Origin: an uncultured bacterium
GTDB lineage: Bacteria > Chlamydiota > Chlamydiia > Chlamydiales > JAAZZY01
Length of the DNA: 64,000 nt
Reading direction: 5' to 3'
Assembly: GCA_964612505.1 (NCBI GenBank)
Contig: CAZTEX010000002.1
Span: forward strand, 61,943 to 125,942
Part shown: positions 18,758 through 29,567 of the stretch, piece after piece
Layout of the letters: each line of letters starts with the position of its first letter
How positions within the stretch are numbered: position 1 is the first letter of the stretch
The notes under the pieces: model-generated
The model's database searches: none
Told to the model about the DNA's origin: nothing
What the model saw: the letters and a program-made list of their open reading frames with translations, nothing else
Made by a program: the position numbers and the translations under genes

Positions 18758-21700
18758 TTAACTCGCTTTCTCTAAGAGGATGACAGCAGACTCTCCGTTA
18801 ATATCCCACTCAGCCCCTTCTAGAGAGCTTTCAAAAACCACTTCTGTAGCTAAGACTTCACTCTGCACATAATCTTTAAACTGATGGAAAGCATGTTGAA
18901 CTTTTTCACTCGTCGCTATTTTTAAACGGATGCGATCGGTTTTTTCCAATCTTGCATCTCTTCTCATCGTTTGAATTTTATTGACAAGCTCTCTGGCAAA
19001 ACCCTCATCAATCAACTCTTCTGTTAATTCAACATCAAGTGCTAAAGTGATATTGCCTAGGTTTGCAGCAACCATCCCATCTTTAACATCTCGCTGTATT
19101 TGAATATCTTCTTTAGTTAATTCTATCGTTTGCCCTTCGACTTCAATCGATATTGGCTTATCATTCAATAAATCTTGTAAAAGAGCTTGGTCGAGTTCTT
19201 GAACTTTTGCTTGAACAAATCGCATAAGAGGTCCAACTTTTTTACCTAGAACTCTAAAATTAGGAGTCAATTTAAGGTTAACTAGTTGATTCTCGTCTTC
19301 ATAAAAAACAACCTCTTTCACATTAAGCTCATCGCGGATTAGATGCACTTGGCTCTCTAAAAATTCTTTTTCAGAAGCATCCCCAATCGCAATATGCAGT
19401 TTGGAAAGTGGCTGACGAACTTTGATGCGGTGCTCTTTTCTGATGCTGTGCCCTAAACTCACAGCAGATTGAAGCGCCTTCATTTGCTTTTCAAGCCAGA
19501 TGTTGCGCCAATCTGTGCGATAAATCGAAGAATCACAGAGGTGGACAGATTCAAATTCCTTGTCAGGATTGACTAGATTTTTGTAAATGATATCACTCAA
19601 AAATGGCATAAAAGGGGCAATGATTTTACATGTTTCGACAAGGACAACATATAGCGTTGAAAAAGCTTCTTTGCGATCATCTGTTGTCTCACTACTCCAA
19701 AATCGACGACGCGATCTGCGAATATACCAATTGGTTAACTCATCCATAAATTGAATAATAGGCTCAATAGCAGCGCTTAAATCATAAATATCCATGGCTT
19801 TTTCAATGGAGTTAATCAATTGATTTAGCTTAGAAATAATCCAACTGTCTAAAAGTGCATGAGGCTTTCTAAATTCTTTAACAGGGTCCCATTGATAGAT
19901 ACGGGCATAGGTAACAAAGAAGTTGTGAGCATTCCAAAAAGGCAAGAGAGTTTGTCTAAAAATTTGCTCTACTCCCTTTTCTTTAAAACGCATATCTTCT
20001 CCTTTGACAACAGGAGTACTTAATAGATAGAGCCTCAGAGCATCGGCACCATATTGGTGAACCACTTCCATAGGATCTGGGTAGTTTTTAAGGCGTTTAG
20101 ACATTTTTTGCCCGTCTTCAGCTAAAATAATGCCATTGACTATCGCATTTTTAAAAGCAGGGCTATCAAAGAGGGCAGCTCCCAGCACTGTGAGAGTGTA
20201 AAACCAACCTCGAGTTTGATCTAACCCCTCAGCAATAAAATCAGCTGGAAAAATTTTATTCAATAAACCCTTATTCTCAAAAGGATAATGGTTTTGAGCA
20301 TAAGGCATCGATCCGGATTCAAACCAACAATCAAAAACACCTTCAGTACGTTTAAAAACTTTACCACTTTTGTCTTTGAAGACCAGCTCATCAATAAAGT
20401 GCCTATGCAAGTCATTGACCTTCTCACCCGTATATTTTTTGAATTCATCCAAGCTACCAACAACAATGCGCTCTCCATCTTCCGCTTCCCAAATTGGAAT
20501 AGGAGTTCCCCAGTAACGATTGCGACTAATCGCCCAATCGCGGGCATTTTCAAGCCATTTTCCAAAACGCCCCTGTTTGAGATGCCCTGGCATCCAGTAA
20601 ATGCTTTGATTGGCTGCCAAAATCTTATCTTTAATTTTTTCAACGGCTACAAACCAAGATGTTGTCACACGATAAATTAATGGCGTATCTGTTCGCCAAC
20701 AAAATGGATAACGGTGATGAATCGTTCCCCGATAAAAAAGACGACCCTTTGCTTTTAAGCGTGCGATAATATCTTTATCGGCTTCTTTAACAAACTGCCC
20801 TTGGTATTCTGGAATAACCTCTGTAAATTTACAATTAGCATCAATAGGACAAACAGGATCAATTTGGGCCGCTTTACAAGTATAAAAGTCATCTTCGCCA
20901 AATCCTGGCGCCATATGAACAATCCCTGTCCCATCCTCTGTGCTAACAAAATCTGCAGATAATACTTTGAAGGCGCTCTTATCGTTAAAGTAGTCAAAAG
21001 GAGGGATATATTCTAGCCCTACAAGCTCTTCTGATTTGACTTCTCCCTCAATAGAATACTGACTCTGATCGTTAAAATAATGGTGCAGTCGAGACTGAGC
21101 TAGGATATAGATGATACCTGATTTGATCTCTTTTACTTTGACATAAGTAATATGAGTACCCACGCAGGCTGCCAGGTTAGAGACAAGTGTCCAAGGAGTC
21201 GTTGTCCAAACAAGAAGTTGAGTATTCGGGTCCTTTTTCAATGGGAATGTGATGACAATCGAGGGGTCATCCACCTCTTTATAATTGAGGTTTGCTTCAA
21301 AGTTAGATAGCGGTGTTCCTAATTGTGCAGAGTAGGGCATCACTTTAAAGCCTTGATAAATTAGATCTTGCTTATATAGCTCAGAGAATACCCACCAGAT
21401 GCTCTCCATGTATGAAGGATCCATGGTCAGATAGGTTTGATCAAAATCAACCCAACGACCTAGCCTAGAAATAATCACTTCCCACTCTTTAACGTATCTC
21501 AAGACAATTTTGCGACATTCTTCATTAAAACGACCAATTCCAAAATTAATAACGTCATGAGCCCCCTTGATGTTATGAGCTTTTTCAATCTCGTTTTCAA
21601 CGGGCAACCCATGACAGTCCCAGCCAAAGCGCCTAGGGACATAGTACCCTTGCATGGTCTTATAGCGAGCCACCACGTCTTTAATGGTGCTGGCAAGAAT

Positions 21701-21871
21701 ATGGCCATAATGAGGTAGCCCTGTGGCAAAAGGAGGCCCATCAAAAAAAGAGTAGAGGGGCTTTTTTTTGCGTTGTTGAACTGATTTTAAAAAAATATCT
21801 TGATCTTTCCATTCTTTTAAAACTTTTTCTTCTAGTTCGACTAAGGATTGGCCTTCAAGTGAATCAAACAT
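18758..21871 (-). CDS. ileS: Isoleucyl-tRNA synthetase (type 2, eukaryote-like, 1037 aa)
   Basis: HIGH motif PPFATGLPHYGHIL, KMSKS motif GQKMSKRLKNYPDP, and class-I editing/anticodon-binding architecture. Confidence 0.95.
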   Translation of the reverse strand: MFDSLEGQSLVELEEKVLKEWKDQDIFLKSVQQRKKKPLYSFFDGPPFATGLPHYGHILASTIKDVVARYKTMQGYYVPRRFGWDCHGLPVENEIEKAHNIKGAHDVINFGIGRFNEECRKIVLRYVKEWEVIISRLGRWVDFDQTYLTMDPSYMESIWWVFSELYKQDLIYQGFKVMPYSAQLGTPLSNFEANLNYKEVDDPSIVITFPLKKDPNTQLLVWTTTPWTLVSNLAACVGTHITYVKVKEIKSGIIYILAQSRLHHYFNDQSQYSIEGEVKSEELVGLEYIPPFDYFNDKSAFKVLSADFVSTEDGTGIVHMAPGFGEDDFYTCKAAQIDPVCPIDANCKFTEVIPEYQGQFVKEADKDIIARLKAKGRLFYRGTIHHRYPFCWRTDTPLIYRVTTSWFVAVEKIKDKILAANQSIYWMPGHLKQGRFGKWLENARDWAISRNRYWGTPIPIWEAEDGERIVVGSLDEFKKYTGEKVNDLHRHFIDELVFKDKSGKVFKRTEGVFDCWFESGSMPYAQNHYPFENKGLLNKIFPADFIAEGLDQTRGWFYTLTVLGAALFDSPAFKNAIVNGIILAEDGQKMSKRLKNYPDPMEVVHQYGADALRLYLLSTPVVKGEDMRFKEKGVEQIFRQTLLPFWNAHNFFVTYARIYQWDPVKEFRKPHALLDSWIISKLNQLINSIEKAMDIYDLSAAIEPIIQFMDELTNWYIRRSRRRFWSSETTDDRKEAFSTLYVVLVETCKIIAPFMPFLSDIIYKNLVNPDKEFESVHLCDSSIYRTDWRNIWLEKQMKALQSAVSLGHSIRKEHRIKVRQPLSKLHIAIGDASEKEFLESQVHLIRDELNVKEVVFYEDENQLVNLKLTPNFRVLGKKVGPLMRFVQAKVQELDQALLQDLLNDKPISIEVEGQTIELTKEDIQIQRDVKDGMVAANLGNITLALDVELTEELIDEGFARELVNKIQTMRRDARLEKTDRIRLKIATSEKVQHAFHQFKDYVQSEVLATEVVFESSLEGAEWDINGESAVILLEKAS

Positions 21872-22066
21872 TCGTTGTATGGGGGGTTAAATTGAAAGAA
21901 AAGTTTAGCTTAAATCGATTGAAAAAGTCTACCCCTTAGGCTGAAGTAAAAAATTTAAATCTTTTTTTTAAATTTTTACTAAACTCTCTCTCCTTTAAAA
22001 AATCTTAATGTTTATTCGTTATTATGTTATTATTTGAGATCAAAATATAACTTTTAGGGTAATAAT

Positions 22067-23701
22067 ATGACCGATTCAACTTTCACAAACTATTCTTCTT
22101 CAGATACATGCTTTGCAAAACCCCCTCTTTCACAGCCATTCTTAAAAGTTCAGACAGCCAAAGAACTCTGCCAAAATGCATTTCTGTATCATCCTAGCGG
22201 AGGAACTTTCTTCGATGAACAATATTTTATTAAAAGGCTCGCTGATTTGAATGATCAAGAACGCTTTAAGGCCTTTGAAACAGCCTTTCTCCATCAACAC
22301 ATCTTCGGTAAAGAAATAGTAGATCAACCCAATCAAATTTTTAATGGTCTTCCCCAAGATTGGAAACAGGGAATATTTGGAGCAAACATTCAAGGAAACA
22401 AAAGTGGGCTATTTTTCAATTTAAATATTGAAAATCAGCAAGGGGTTCAGGCCGCATTTCTAGCCTCTTTATCGCCTCAAGATCGTCAAGCTGCTCTAGA
22501 GAAAATCTTGAAGAATAATATAAACCCACATAACCAGTTTGCCCCTTTATTTGTATCAGGCCGCCCTTTTGAAGCTTTTACCCCAGCTGGCGCTAAAGCT
22601 TTCTTTAAAAGTGTAACCGATCCCAATTTTGCAGAATCTACTCATACATTTTCTTTCCAATTAGACCCCACTTCAGAGGCAATACAATCATTTAATGCAC
22701 AGGGAAAATGCACAGAGCAAAAAGTTTTAGCCCAGCAGTGTTTTTTTCCTCAGCTTGCATCTACAAAAATTGATTGTGAAACAAAAGCAACCCCAGGATT
22801 GCTTTATAGTGCTGGAGAAGACACTTATTGCGATATGACCCTTACTTCCAAAGAAGGAGCTCAAGCAACTCGTCGATATACTTTGCCTAGCGATACAGAG
22901 GCGCTAAACGCGCTGATACAGCAAAATTTTCCCAAACTCAGTTTTAACCCTGCCTTTTCCAATGCGAGTCAAATCGCTCTGCAATATGCTCTAAATCAAC
23001 AAGGGGTTCATTTTATTGAGAAGTTTGAAGGAAACACCATTAAACCCTCTTACGTAAAAGAGGCAGCTCATCAAGTGTTCGATCCCCTCGAAGTTTCTCA
23101 GCAACCATGCCTTAGTAAAGAAACTTTAGAGGCTTTCGCTCCTAAAATGGAATTTTCAACTAATTGTAATCGCAAAATCCAGAATGGAACAGAAATAGGT
23201 GATACTTTTTGCCAATTTGAAATGAAGTCGACAGGTGATGAAATCGTGCCTTGGCATCAAAGAGTATGGCAAACTATTGGTAATTTGAAAAAAAGCGAAG
23301 TTTATATCTCAGCAAGTAGCCCAGCTACGGTAAGCAACTATAGACAACTTTTTAACTTCATTGGCGTCCCGTTTACTAATAGAACTGTTGAAGGTGGTAA
23401 AGAGTTTCTTCAACTTGCTACACCTGTAAATCAAAGTTCTACAGAACAGCCATCTTTGGACATCAACGATTACCTTAACAAGTTCAATAATATTACACTC
23501 AATATCTTTGTTCCTGCAGGAGCTGGTATACTTTTAGCCCTCCATAGCGCCAAGTTTGCACATAGAGCTGCCCATAAAGACTCTATCTCTGCTGGTCGAC
23601 GTATTGCGGGTGTCTTTGTAGGCGCTGTTGGCACATTGACAGGACTTGGTGTTGCTTATGAGCGACTTTCTCGTTTACAAGGCTACATGCAACCTGCATA
23701 A
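22067..23701 (+). CDS. Hypothetical protein with a C-terminal bilobed hydrophobic domain (Inc-like membrane protein candidate)
   Basis: No identifiable domain over ~480 aa. The C-terminal ...ITLNIFVPAGAGILLALHSAKFAHRAAHKDSISAGRRIAGVFVGAVGTLTGLGVAY forms two closely spaced hydrophobic helices. Confidence 0.4.
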   Translation: MTDSTFTNYSSSDTCFAKPPLSQPFLKVQTAKELCQNAFLYHPSGGTFFDEQYFIKRLADLNDQERFKAFETAFLHQHIFGKEIVDQPNQIFNGLPQDWKQGIFGANIQGNKSGLFFNLNIENQQGVQAAFLASLSPQDRQAALEKILKNNINPHNQFAPLFVSGRPFEAFTPAGAKAFFKSVTDPNFAESTHTFSFQLDPTSEAIQSFNAQGKCTEQKVLAQQCFFPQLASTKIDCETKATPGLLYSAGEDTYCDMTLTSKEGAQATRRYTLPSDTEALNALIQQNFPKLSFNPAFSNASQIALQYALNQQGVHFIEKFEGNTIKPSYVKEAAHQVFDPLEVSQQPCLSKETLEAFAPKMEFSTNCNRKIQNGTEIGDTFCQFEMKSTGDEIVPWHQRVWQTIGNLKKSEVYISASSPATVSNYRQLFNFIGVPFTNRTVEGGKEFLQLATPVNQSSTEQPSLDINDYLNKFNNITLNIFVPAGAGILLALHSAKFAHRAAHKDSISAGRRIAGVFVGAVGTLTGLGVAYERLSRLQGYMQPA

Positions 23702-23733
23702 TAAATCTCTTTTTTCAACGAAGGAGCTTTTTA

Positions 23734-24059
23734 TGACAGTCACTCACTCACCAGACTCTTTATATAAAATACTCTCAATTGCAAATTGGGAAAGTTCTCA
23801 ATATAAAGAGTCTTTGGTTTTAGACTCTGATGATGATCTATTTATTCATTTTTCAACAGAGAATCAGCTTTCTCGTATTTTGACAAAATACTGGCAAGAT
23901 CGAGATTATGTTGTTTTAAAAATCGATCCCAAAAAACTTCTCGGTCAATTAGTTTTTGAAGCCAATCCTGGTGGCGAAAATAAATATTATCACCTCTACA
24001 ATGGCTATATCCCCACTCAAGCAGTCACGGAAGTCAAAAAACATCTTTTATCGAAATAA
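23734..24059 (+). CDS. DUF952-family small protein
   Basis: LYKILSIANWESSQ...LFIHFSTENQLSRILTKYWQD..VVLKIDPKKL...YHLYNGYIPTQAV fits the DUF952 pattern (W...FIHcSt.Ql...vlL.ID...L...HLYg.l). I placed the start at the ATG preceded by AAGGAG; the track ORF begins earlier. Confidence 0.5.
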
Positions 24060-24071
24060 ATAGAGGGACTA

Positions 24072-24656
24072 ATGAGTTCTTCTCAATATTACGATAAAAA
24101 TGCTGATGCATTTTATAATCACACGATGGCTATTGATGTTTCTCATCTATATCAAAAGTTTCTCCCCTACGTTCCTAAACCGGCTAAAATTTTAGATGCA
24201 GGGTGTGGAATTGGTAAGGATACAAAACATTTTCTTCATTTGGGTTATGAAGTCGTCGCTTTTGATGCATCGATCGAAATGGTCAAAAAAGCATCTCAAG
24301 AGACTAATCAACCAGTTTTGCAAGACTCTTTCCAAAATATCCATTATAAGGATGAATTTGATGCTATCTGGGCAAAAGCTGCTTTGCTTCATACCCCCTA
24401 TAACGAACTCCAATTAGTACTCAGCAAACTTCACCGAGCTCTTAAAAAAAAAGGTATCTTTTTTGCTTCATTTAAATACGGCAATACCATGAGAGAAATA
24501 AGTGATCGCACTTTTTTTGATATGGATGAAGAAAAAATTCTTCCCTTTATAGAAGATTATTTTCATGTGATTGATATTTGGCAATATGATGATCTCAGTA
24601 AAGTAGCTCCAAGTCCTAGTAAGGCTTGGTTATGTATCCTTTGTAAAGCGATTTAA
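24072..24656 (+). CDS. Class I SAM-dependent methyltransferase
   Basis: Motif I ILDAGCGIGKDTKHFLHLGYEVVAFDAS. Confidence 0.65.
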   Translation: MSSSQYYDKNADAFYNHTMAIDVSHLYQKFLPYVPKPAKILDAGCGIGKDTKHFLHLGYEVVAFDASIEMVKKASQETNQPVLQDSFQNIHYKDEFDAIWAKAALLHTPYNELQLVLSKLHRALKKKGIFFASFKYGNTMREISDRTFFDMDEEKILPFIEDYFHVIDIWQYDDLSKVAPSPSKAWLCILCKAI

Positions 24657-24685
24657 TCCTTTCAAAATTAAGTTATAAAATTTGC

Positions 24686-26443
24686 TTGAAGAGAATGGTT
24701 GATTTTGTCATTTTCTATTTAGCAAATGGATATCTTTATGCGTGTGCTTTTTTAGTTCCCAAGTCATGGGATTTTGTTTTCCATAATTATAAATGGGCTT
24801 ATTTAAAGCATGATCTTTTTGCTGGGATTACCGTAGGACTAGTAGCACTTCCCCTGGCAATGGCATTTGCAATTGCCTCAGGAGCCTCTCCAGAAAGAGG
24901 CATTTATACAGCGATTATTGCAGGGTTTTTAATTTCTTTACTTGGAGGTAGCCGATATCAGATCGGAGGTCCAACAGGCGCTTTTGTTGTTATCATTTTT
25001 GACATCATCCAAAGAAATGGTTATGAAGGCCTCGTCTTTGCCTCTTTAATAGCTGGTGTTATTCTCATTATTGCCTCCCTTTGTAAGCTGGGAGATTGGA
25101 TTAAGTACATCCCCTATCCATTAATTACTGGATTTACAGCAGGCATCGCCGTTCTTATCTTTTCTTCACAAATCAAAGATTTTCTAGGACTTGACATTAG
25201 CCATCTTCCTGCGGACTTTATCGCAAAATGGGGCGTTATTTTCTCCTCACTAAATACCATCCAGTGGCCTTCATTTTGTGTCGCTGCAGGAACACTTACA
25301 CTGATTTTAGTCATTCGCAAATTTTTCCCATTTTTACCTTGGGGCATTGTTTCAGTAGCTTTAGTCACCGCAATTACTTGGGGCTTTCATCTTCCTGTTG
25401 AAACCATCTATACGAAGTTTGGGGAGCTTAAAAGAACACTTCCCACTCCCATCTTCTTATCTTCTGCAGGTCATTTTAATAATTGGCGTTTCTTATTAGC
25501 TGATGCCTCTTGGCTTCCCCTATTGGCCGATGCTTTCACTATTGCTTTTTTAGCTGGAATTGAATCACTTCTTTCCGCCATTGTTGCTGATGGAATGGCT
25601 GGCTCTAAACATCGATCTAACTGTGAACTGCTAGCTCAAGGTATTGCCAATATTGCCTCTTGCACTTTTGGGGGAATTCCTGCCACAGGCGCTATTGCAC
25701 GAACAGCCACTAATGTCAAATCTGGCGCTAAAACCCCCCTTGCAGGAATGATCCATGCTTTAACACTTCTTTTGATCCTGGTCGCTTTTGCTCCTATCGT
25801 CAGTCAAATTTCTTTAGCAGCTCTTTCAGCAGTTCTATTAATGATTGCTTGGAATATGAGCGAAATTGGTCATTTTCTGCATCTTTTTAAGGCCCCTCTG
25901 GGAGATATCGGTGTCCTTTTAACCACTTTTTTACTCACGATCCTTGCCGATTTAACGATTGCTGTTGCTGTCGGGATGATTTTAGCTTCTTTTCTCTTTA
26001 TGAAAAGAGTAAGTGATATTTCAAAAGTGGTTTCCATCGCAGATCTACAAAAAGCGGATGCTAAAGAAGAAGCCTATGATATGGATGCTATTGAGAAAAA
26101 GCAAATACCACCTCATGTTGAAGTCTATGAAATTACAGGACCTTTTTTCTTTGGAATTGCAGATAATCTGAAAACTACTTTAACAAACATTGAGCGTCCA
26201 CCAAAAGTTTTCATTCTTCGAATGAGAAAAGTTCCTGCTATTGATGCAAGCGGTATGTATGCCCTTAAAGAATTCTTCTATAAATGTAAAAAGCAAGGAA
26301 CTCTTCTTTTACTTTCAGGTGTAAGCCCTTCATTGAAAAAGATGTTGATCAAATTTGAACTTAATCAAGAAATCGGGAATGACCATCTCTTTACTCATAT
26401 TGATCAAGCACTTGCCTTTGCAGCTAAATACGTAGCAAAATGA
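24686..26443 (+). CDS. SulP-family anion (sulfate/bicarbonate/dicarboxylate) permease with C-terminal STAS domain
   Basis: N-terminal DLFAGITVGLVALPLAMAFAIASGASPERGIYTAIIAGFLISLLGGSRYQIGGPTGAF and a C-terminal STAS-like fold (KVFILRMRKVPAIDASGMYAL). The track ORF uses a TTG at 24686; an in-frame ATG lies at 24695. Confidence 0.8.
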   Translation: MKRMVDFVIFYLANGYLYACAFLVPKSWDFVFHNYKWAYLKHDLFAGITVGLVALPLAMAFAIASGASPERGIYTAIIAGFLISLLGGSRYQIGGPTGAFVVIIFDIIQRNGYEGLVFASLIAGVILIIASLCKLGDWIKYIPYPLITGFTAGIAVLIFSSQIKDFLGLDISHLPADFIAKWGVIFSSLNTIQWPSFCVAAGTLTLILVIRKFFPFLPWGIVSVALVTAITWGFHLPVETIYTKFGELKRTLPTPIFLSSAGHFNNWRFLLADASWLPLLADAFTIAFLAGIESLLSAIVADGMAGSKHRSNCELLAQGIANIASCTFGGIPATGAIARTATNVKSGAKTPLAGMIHALTLLLILVAFAPIVSQISLAALSAVLLMIAWNMSEIGHFLHLFKAPLGDIGVLLTTFLLTILADLTIAVAVGMILASFLFMKRVSDISKVVSIADLQKADAKEEAYDMDAIEKKQIPPHVEVYEITGPFFFGIADNLKTTLTNIERPPKVFILRMRKVPAIDASGMYALKEFFYKCKKQGTLLLLSGVSPSLKKMLIKFELNQEIGNDHLFTHIDQALAFAAKYVAK

Positions 26444-26456
26444 AAAAGCCTCTGAT

Positions 26457-26936
26457 TTAGTGTAACTTTTTTTCCATTTTATAATTGATCAGTTCAATGC
26501 CCTCTTTAACAATTTTCTGCTCAACCAATACTGTAAAGCCCTGCTTTTCAAAGAAGCTTTTAGCTGTAATGCTGACCTCTGCAAAAATGGTCTCTATATG
26601 AGAGCTTTTAGCTCTTTTAAAGATTTCTTTCATAAGAGCAAAGCCAACCCCTTTACCGATCCATTCATGATGACAGTAAAAGCAATCAATATGGCCATTA
26701 GGCTCAAATTCAGCAAAGCCAACAATGGCGTCCCCTACAAGGGCTACTATCGGTTTGGTTTTTAAAAACTTTTTTTCCCAACCCTTTACTTCTAGGCTTG
26801 ACGTTGGAGCCCAAACATCGACTTGCTCTTGAGTATAATGTTTAATATTAATCTGATGAACCGTATTAAAGTAAATATGAGCTAGCGCCTCTACATCTTC
26901 AGGTTGATAATTTCTAATAGATATTTTATATTTCAT
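26457..26936 (-). CDS. GNAT family N-acetyltransferase
   Basis: Motif A region IVGFAEFEPNGHIDCFYCHHEWIGKGVGFALM. Confidence 0.6.
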   Translation of the reverse strand: MKYKISIRNYQPEDVEALAHIYFNTVHQINIKHYTQEQVDVWAPTSSLEVKGWEKKFLKTKPIVALVGDAIVGFAEFEPNGHIDCFYCHHEWIGKGVGFALMKEIFKRAKSSHIETIFAEVSITAKSFFEKQGFTVLVEQKIVKEGIELINYKMEKKLH

Positions 26937-26938
26937 AA

Positions 26939-27964
26939 CTACTTTTCATCATTGTTAGTCCATTTTTCTGCAAAAAGATCTGTTGCGCAGCTTAAAGCTC
27001 TCGCAATACCTAAGTCAACGACAGAATGCCCCCCATCTGGAACCATCCATAAAGCACTATTAGGCCAATGTTGATATAGAGAATAAGCCATCGCTGGAAG
27101 ACATATTGCATCCCAACGACCTTGTACAATAATGGCTGGTAAATGCTCTATTTTTGACATCCTCGATAAGATGTGATTAGGCTCCAGAAAAAATTGATTT
27201 TTTGCATAAAAACAGAAGGCTCTCATCACGCTCAGCACCTGATTTTCATTACGGAGCATCGAATCAACAAACGCTCTATTGGGTCGGCTAGTTGCACAAA
27301 TCATATCAAACTCAATAAAAATGCGAGCAGCAGGTAGATGAATAGCCGGATCTGGATGAAAGACTCTATCATAGTAAGCAGAAACTAAATCAAATCGCTC
27401 TTTTCCTGGAATATGACTTACAACGCTGTCATAAGCCTCTGGAAAAATTTTCCCCATATCATAAAACAGATGCAAGTAATCAGGCTTGCGACAAAGCCAT
27501 ATTCCTCTAAGGATAAATCCCAGGCAGTGTTTGGAATGCGCTTGTCCATATAACAATCCTAACGAAGAGCCCCAAGAGCCACCAAAAACAACCCATTTGT
27601 CGATCTTTAAATGTTTTCGCAGTATTTCCATATCACTGACAGAGTGATGTGGATTATTTTCCTCCATTGAGCAAAAAGGGAGAGATCGCATCGCTCCTCT
27701 TTGATCAAACATAACTACATTCCATCGATTTAAATCGAAAAATTGAGTCATGCTATCACAGCAACCTGCTCCAGGACCACCGTGTAAAACAACCACTGGA
27801 ATCCCTTTGGGATTACCGTAAGTGGCATAATAAAGAGTGTGAAGATCGGAGACTTTAAGATAACCCTCTTCTCTAGGTTTCATGATTGGATAAAGAGAAT
27901 GAGTCCAATTAATTTCTTGATGAGAATGTGGTATTGAAAAAATTTTATCAGAAGAAAAATTCAT
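26939..27964 (-). CDS. pip: Proline iminopeptidase (prolyl aminopeptidase, alpha/beta-hydrolase)
   Basis: HTLYYATYGNPKGIPVVVLHGGPGAGC and nucleophile elbow GGSWGSSL. The 341-aa size is typical of S33 Pip. Confidence 0.75.
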   Translation of the reverse strand: MNFSSDKIFSIPHSHQEINWTHSLYPIMKPREEGYLKVSDLHTLYYATYGNPKGIPVVVLHGGPGAGCCDSMTQFFDLNRWNVVMFDQRGAMRSLPFCSMEENNPHHSVSDMEILRKHLKIDKWVVFGGSWGSSLGLLYGQAHSKHCLGFILRGIWLCRKPDYLHLFYDMGKIFPEAYDSVVSHIPGKERFDLVSAYYDRVFHPDPAIHLPAARIFIEFDMICATSRPNRAFVDSMLRNENQVLSVMRAFCFYAKNQFFLEPNHILSRMSKIEHLPAIIVQGRWDAICLPAMAYSLYQHWPNSALWMVPDGGHSVVDLGIARALSCATDLFAEKWTNNDEK

Positions 27965-27970
27965 ATCTAT

Positions 27971-28516
27971 TTAATATTTTGCATTTTGAAAATTAAAGAT
28001 AACTTTCTCACAATTGTCTAAATGAGGAATAACCTTATTATACTCTTTGAAATGGTTATCAGTATAGCCTTCTATAACACGCTTCCAAAATTTATACGCA
28101 CCGATATTTTTAGGCATAACCATGACTTCCCAATTGCCTTGAAACTTATCAAAACACATCTTGGCTACTTGTCGCCCTATTCCCCTATTCTTAAATTTGC
28201 GAAGAATAAAAAATTGAGCAATATTAAAGTCGATTTTTGAATTGCTTCCTTTTTTATCAACGATGACAAAACCAGCAAGCTCCCCATCAACATGGACAAG
28301 AAAAGGAAATGTATTGTCATCTTCCCAATACTTTTTAAAATCAATGCATTCATAAAGGCCATTTTCAGGAATTGCCCAGCCTTCCTCACCTCCCATATAT
28401 TGGCTCATATCATAGACATAAAAACGACCCATATTTTGAATAATAGGGTAGTCTGCTAAAGAAGCAAGGATTAGTTTTATCTTATTTTGCATCGGATTTA
28501 TTTGAAATTTATCCAT
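27971..28516 (-). CDS. GNAT family acetyltransferase
   Basis: LAGFVIVDKKG...RKFKNRGIGRQVAKMCFDKF (Q/RxxGxG/A acetyl-CoA motif). Confidence 0.55.
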   Translation of the reverse strand: MDKFQINPMQNKIKLILASLADYPIIQNMGRFYVYDMSQYMGGEEGWAIPENGLYECIDFKKYWEDDNTFPFLVHVDGELAGFVIVDKKGSNSKIDFNIAQFFILRKFKNRGIGRQVAKMCFDKFQGNWEVMVMPKNIGAYKFWKRVIEGYTDNHFKEYNKVIPHLDNCEKVIFNFQNAKY

Positions 28517-28734
28517 TATTTATAGCTTTTTCTTCATGAACTAAAGGAGCCACTCAAAGATTAATTAAGATTATCTATTAAATGCAAAAGCTTTCAAAAA
28601 GAAACCTTCTGCAACAAACTGTAAATATATTTATTAAATCTAAATTTTTTAGAAACCCTCTTGACCCTCACGTTGCGTTATTCTCTATTATTATGGCATC
28701 CTTTAAAATCAAAGGGATATTAGAGGGATCGTCA

Positions 28735-29505
28735 ATGGCTTATACAGTTACAAAATTAGCTCAACTTTCAGGAGTGAGTGTTCGAACGCTCCATTGGTAT
28801 GACGAGGTGGGTCTTCTTAAACCAGCTTATCATGGCTCCAATGGGTATCGATACTACGAAGAAGAGCAGCTTTTAATCCTTCAGCAAATTTTATTTTTTA
28901 AAGAGCTGGGGTTTGAGTTAAAGCAGATTCAAAAAGTTTTAGGGAGGGGCGATTTTGATCAAGTGGTCGCTCTAAGTTCTCACCGCAAGGTGCTCAAAAA
29001 GAATCTAGAACATACCAAAAAATTGATTAAGACCATTGACAAAACAATCGAACATTTAAATGGAACTAAGAAAATGAAAGATCATGAAATTTACCTTGGA
29101 TTTACCAAGGAAAAACAAGATGAATATCAAAACTATTTAATCAATCGCTTTGGAGATAAAGTGAAAGATTCCATCAGAGAATCCAATCAAAATGTCAAAA
29201 ATATGACTAAAAATGATTTTGAAAAACAAAAGCAAGACTGGCAAGACATTCTAGATGATCTAGCAAAGCAGTGGAAAAACAACTCTTCTGCTAGTTCTTC
29301 TGAAGTTCAAAAAATCATCCGTAGGCACTATGAATTGCTGAAAAAATATTGGACTCCAGATCGCCATTCTTATGCTGAAATGGGTGAAGGTTATGCAGGT
29401 TTTGAATGGAAGGATGTATTTAAACAATACGATCCTGAGCACCCTAAGCTTGCTCTATTTTTTTCTCAAGGGATAAAAATCTTTGCTGAAAAAGAATTGA
29501 ACTAA
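28735..29505 (+). CDS. MerR-family transcriptional regulator with TipAS-like C-terminal effector domain
   Basis: MerR HTH YTVTKLAQLSGVSVRTLHWYDEVGLLKP...YRYYEEEQLLILQQILFFKELGF and a ~150-aa C-terminal domain. I chose the start at MAYTV, which is preceded by AGAGGGA. Confidence 0.75.
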   Translation: MAYTVTKLAQLSGVSVRTLHWYDEVGLLKPAYHGSNGYRYYEEEQLLILQQILFFKELGFELKQIQKVLGRGDFDQVVALSSHRKVLKKNLEHTKKLIKTIDKTIEHLNGTKKMKDHEIYLGFTKEKQDEYQNYLINRFGDKVKDSIRESNQNVKNMTKNDFEKQKQDWQDILDDLAKQWKNNSSASSSEVQKIIRRHYELLKKYWTPDRHSYAEMGEGYAGFEWKDVFKQYDPEHPKLALFFSQGIKIFAEKELN

Positions 29506-29513
29506 TAAATAAA

Positions 29514-29548
29514 AAAACAAACAGCCGGATATTTCTGGCTGTTTTATT
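29514..29548. terminator. Bidirectional rho-independent terminator between the convergent MerR and APH genes
   Basis: aaaaaaacaa-ACAGCCGG-atatttct-GGCTGT-TTTATT. A GC-rich hairpin is flanked by an A-run and a T-run. Confidence 0.5.
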
Positions 29549-29567
29549 GACTCTAGTTTGCACAGCA

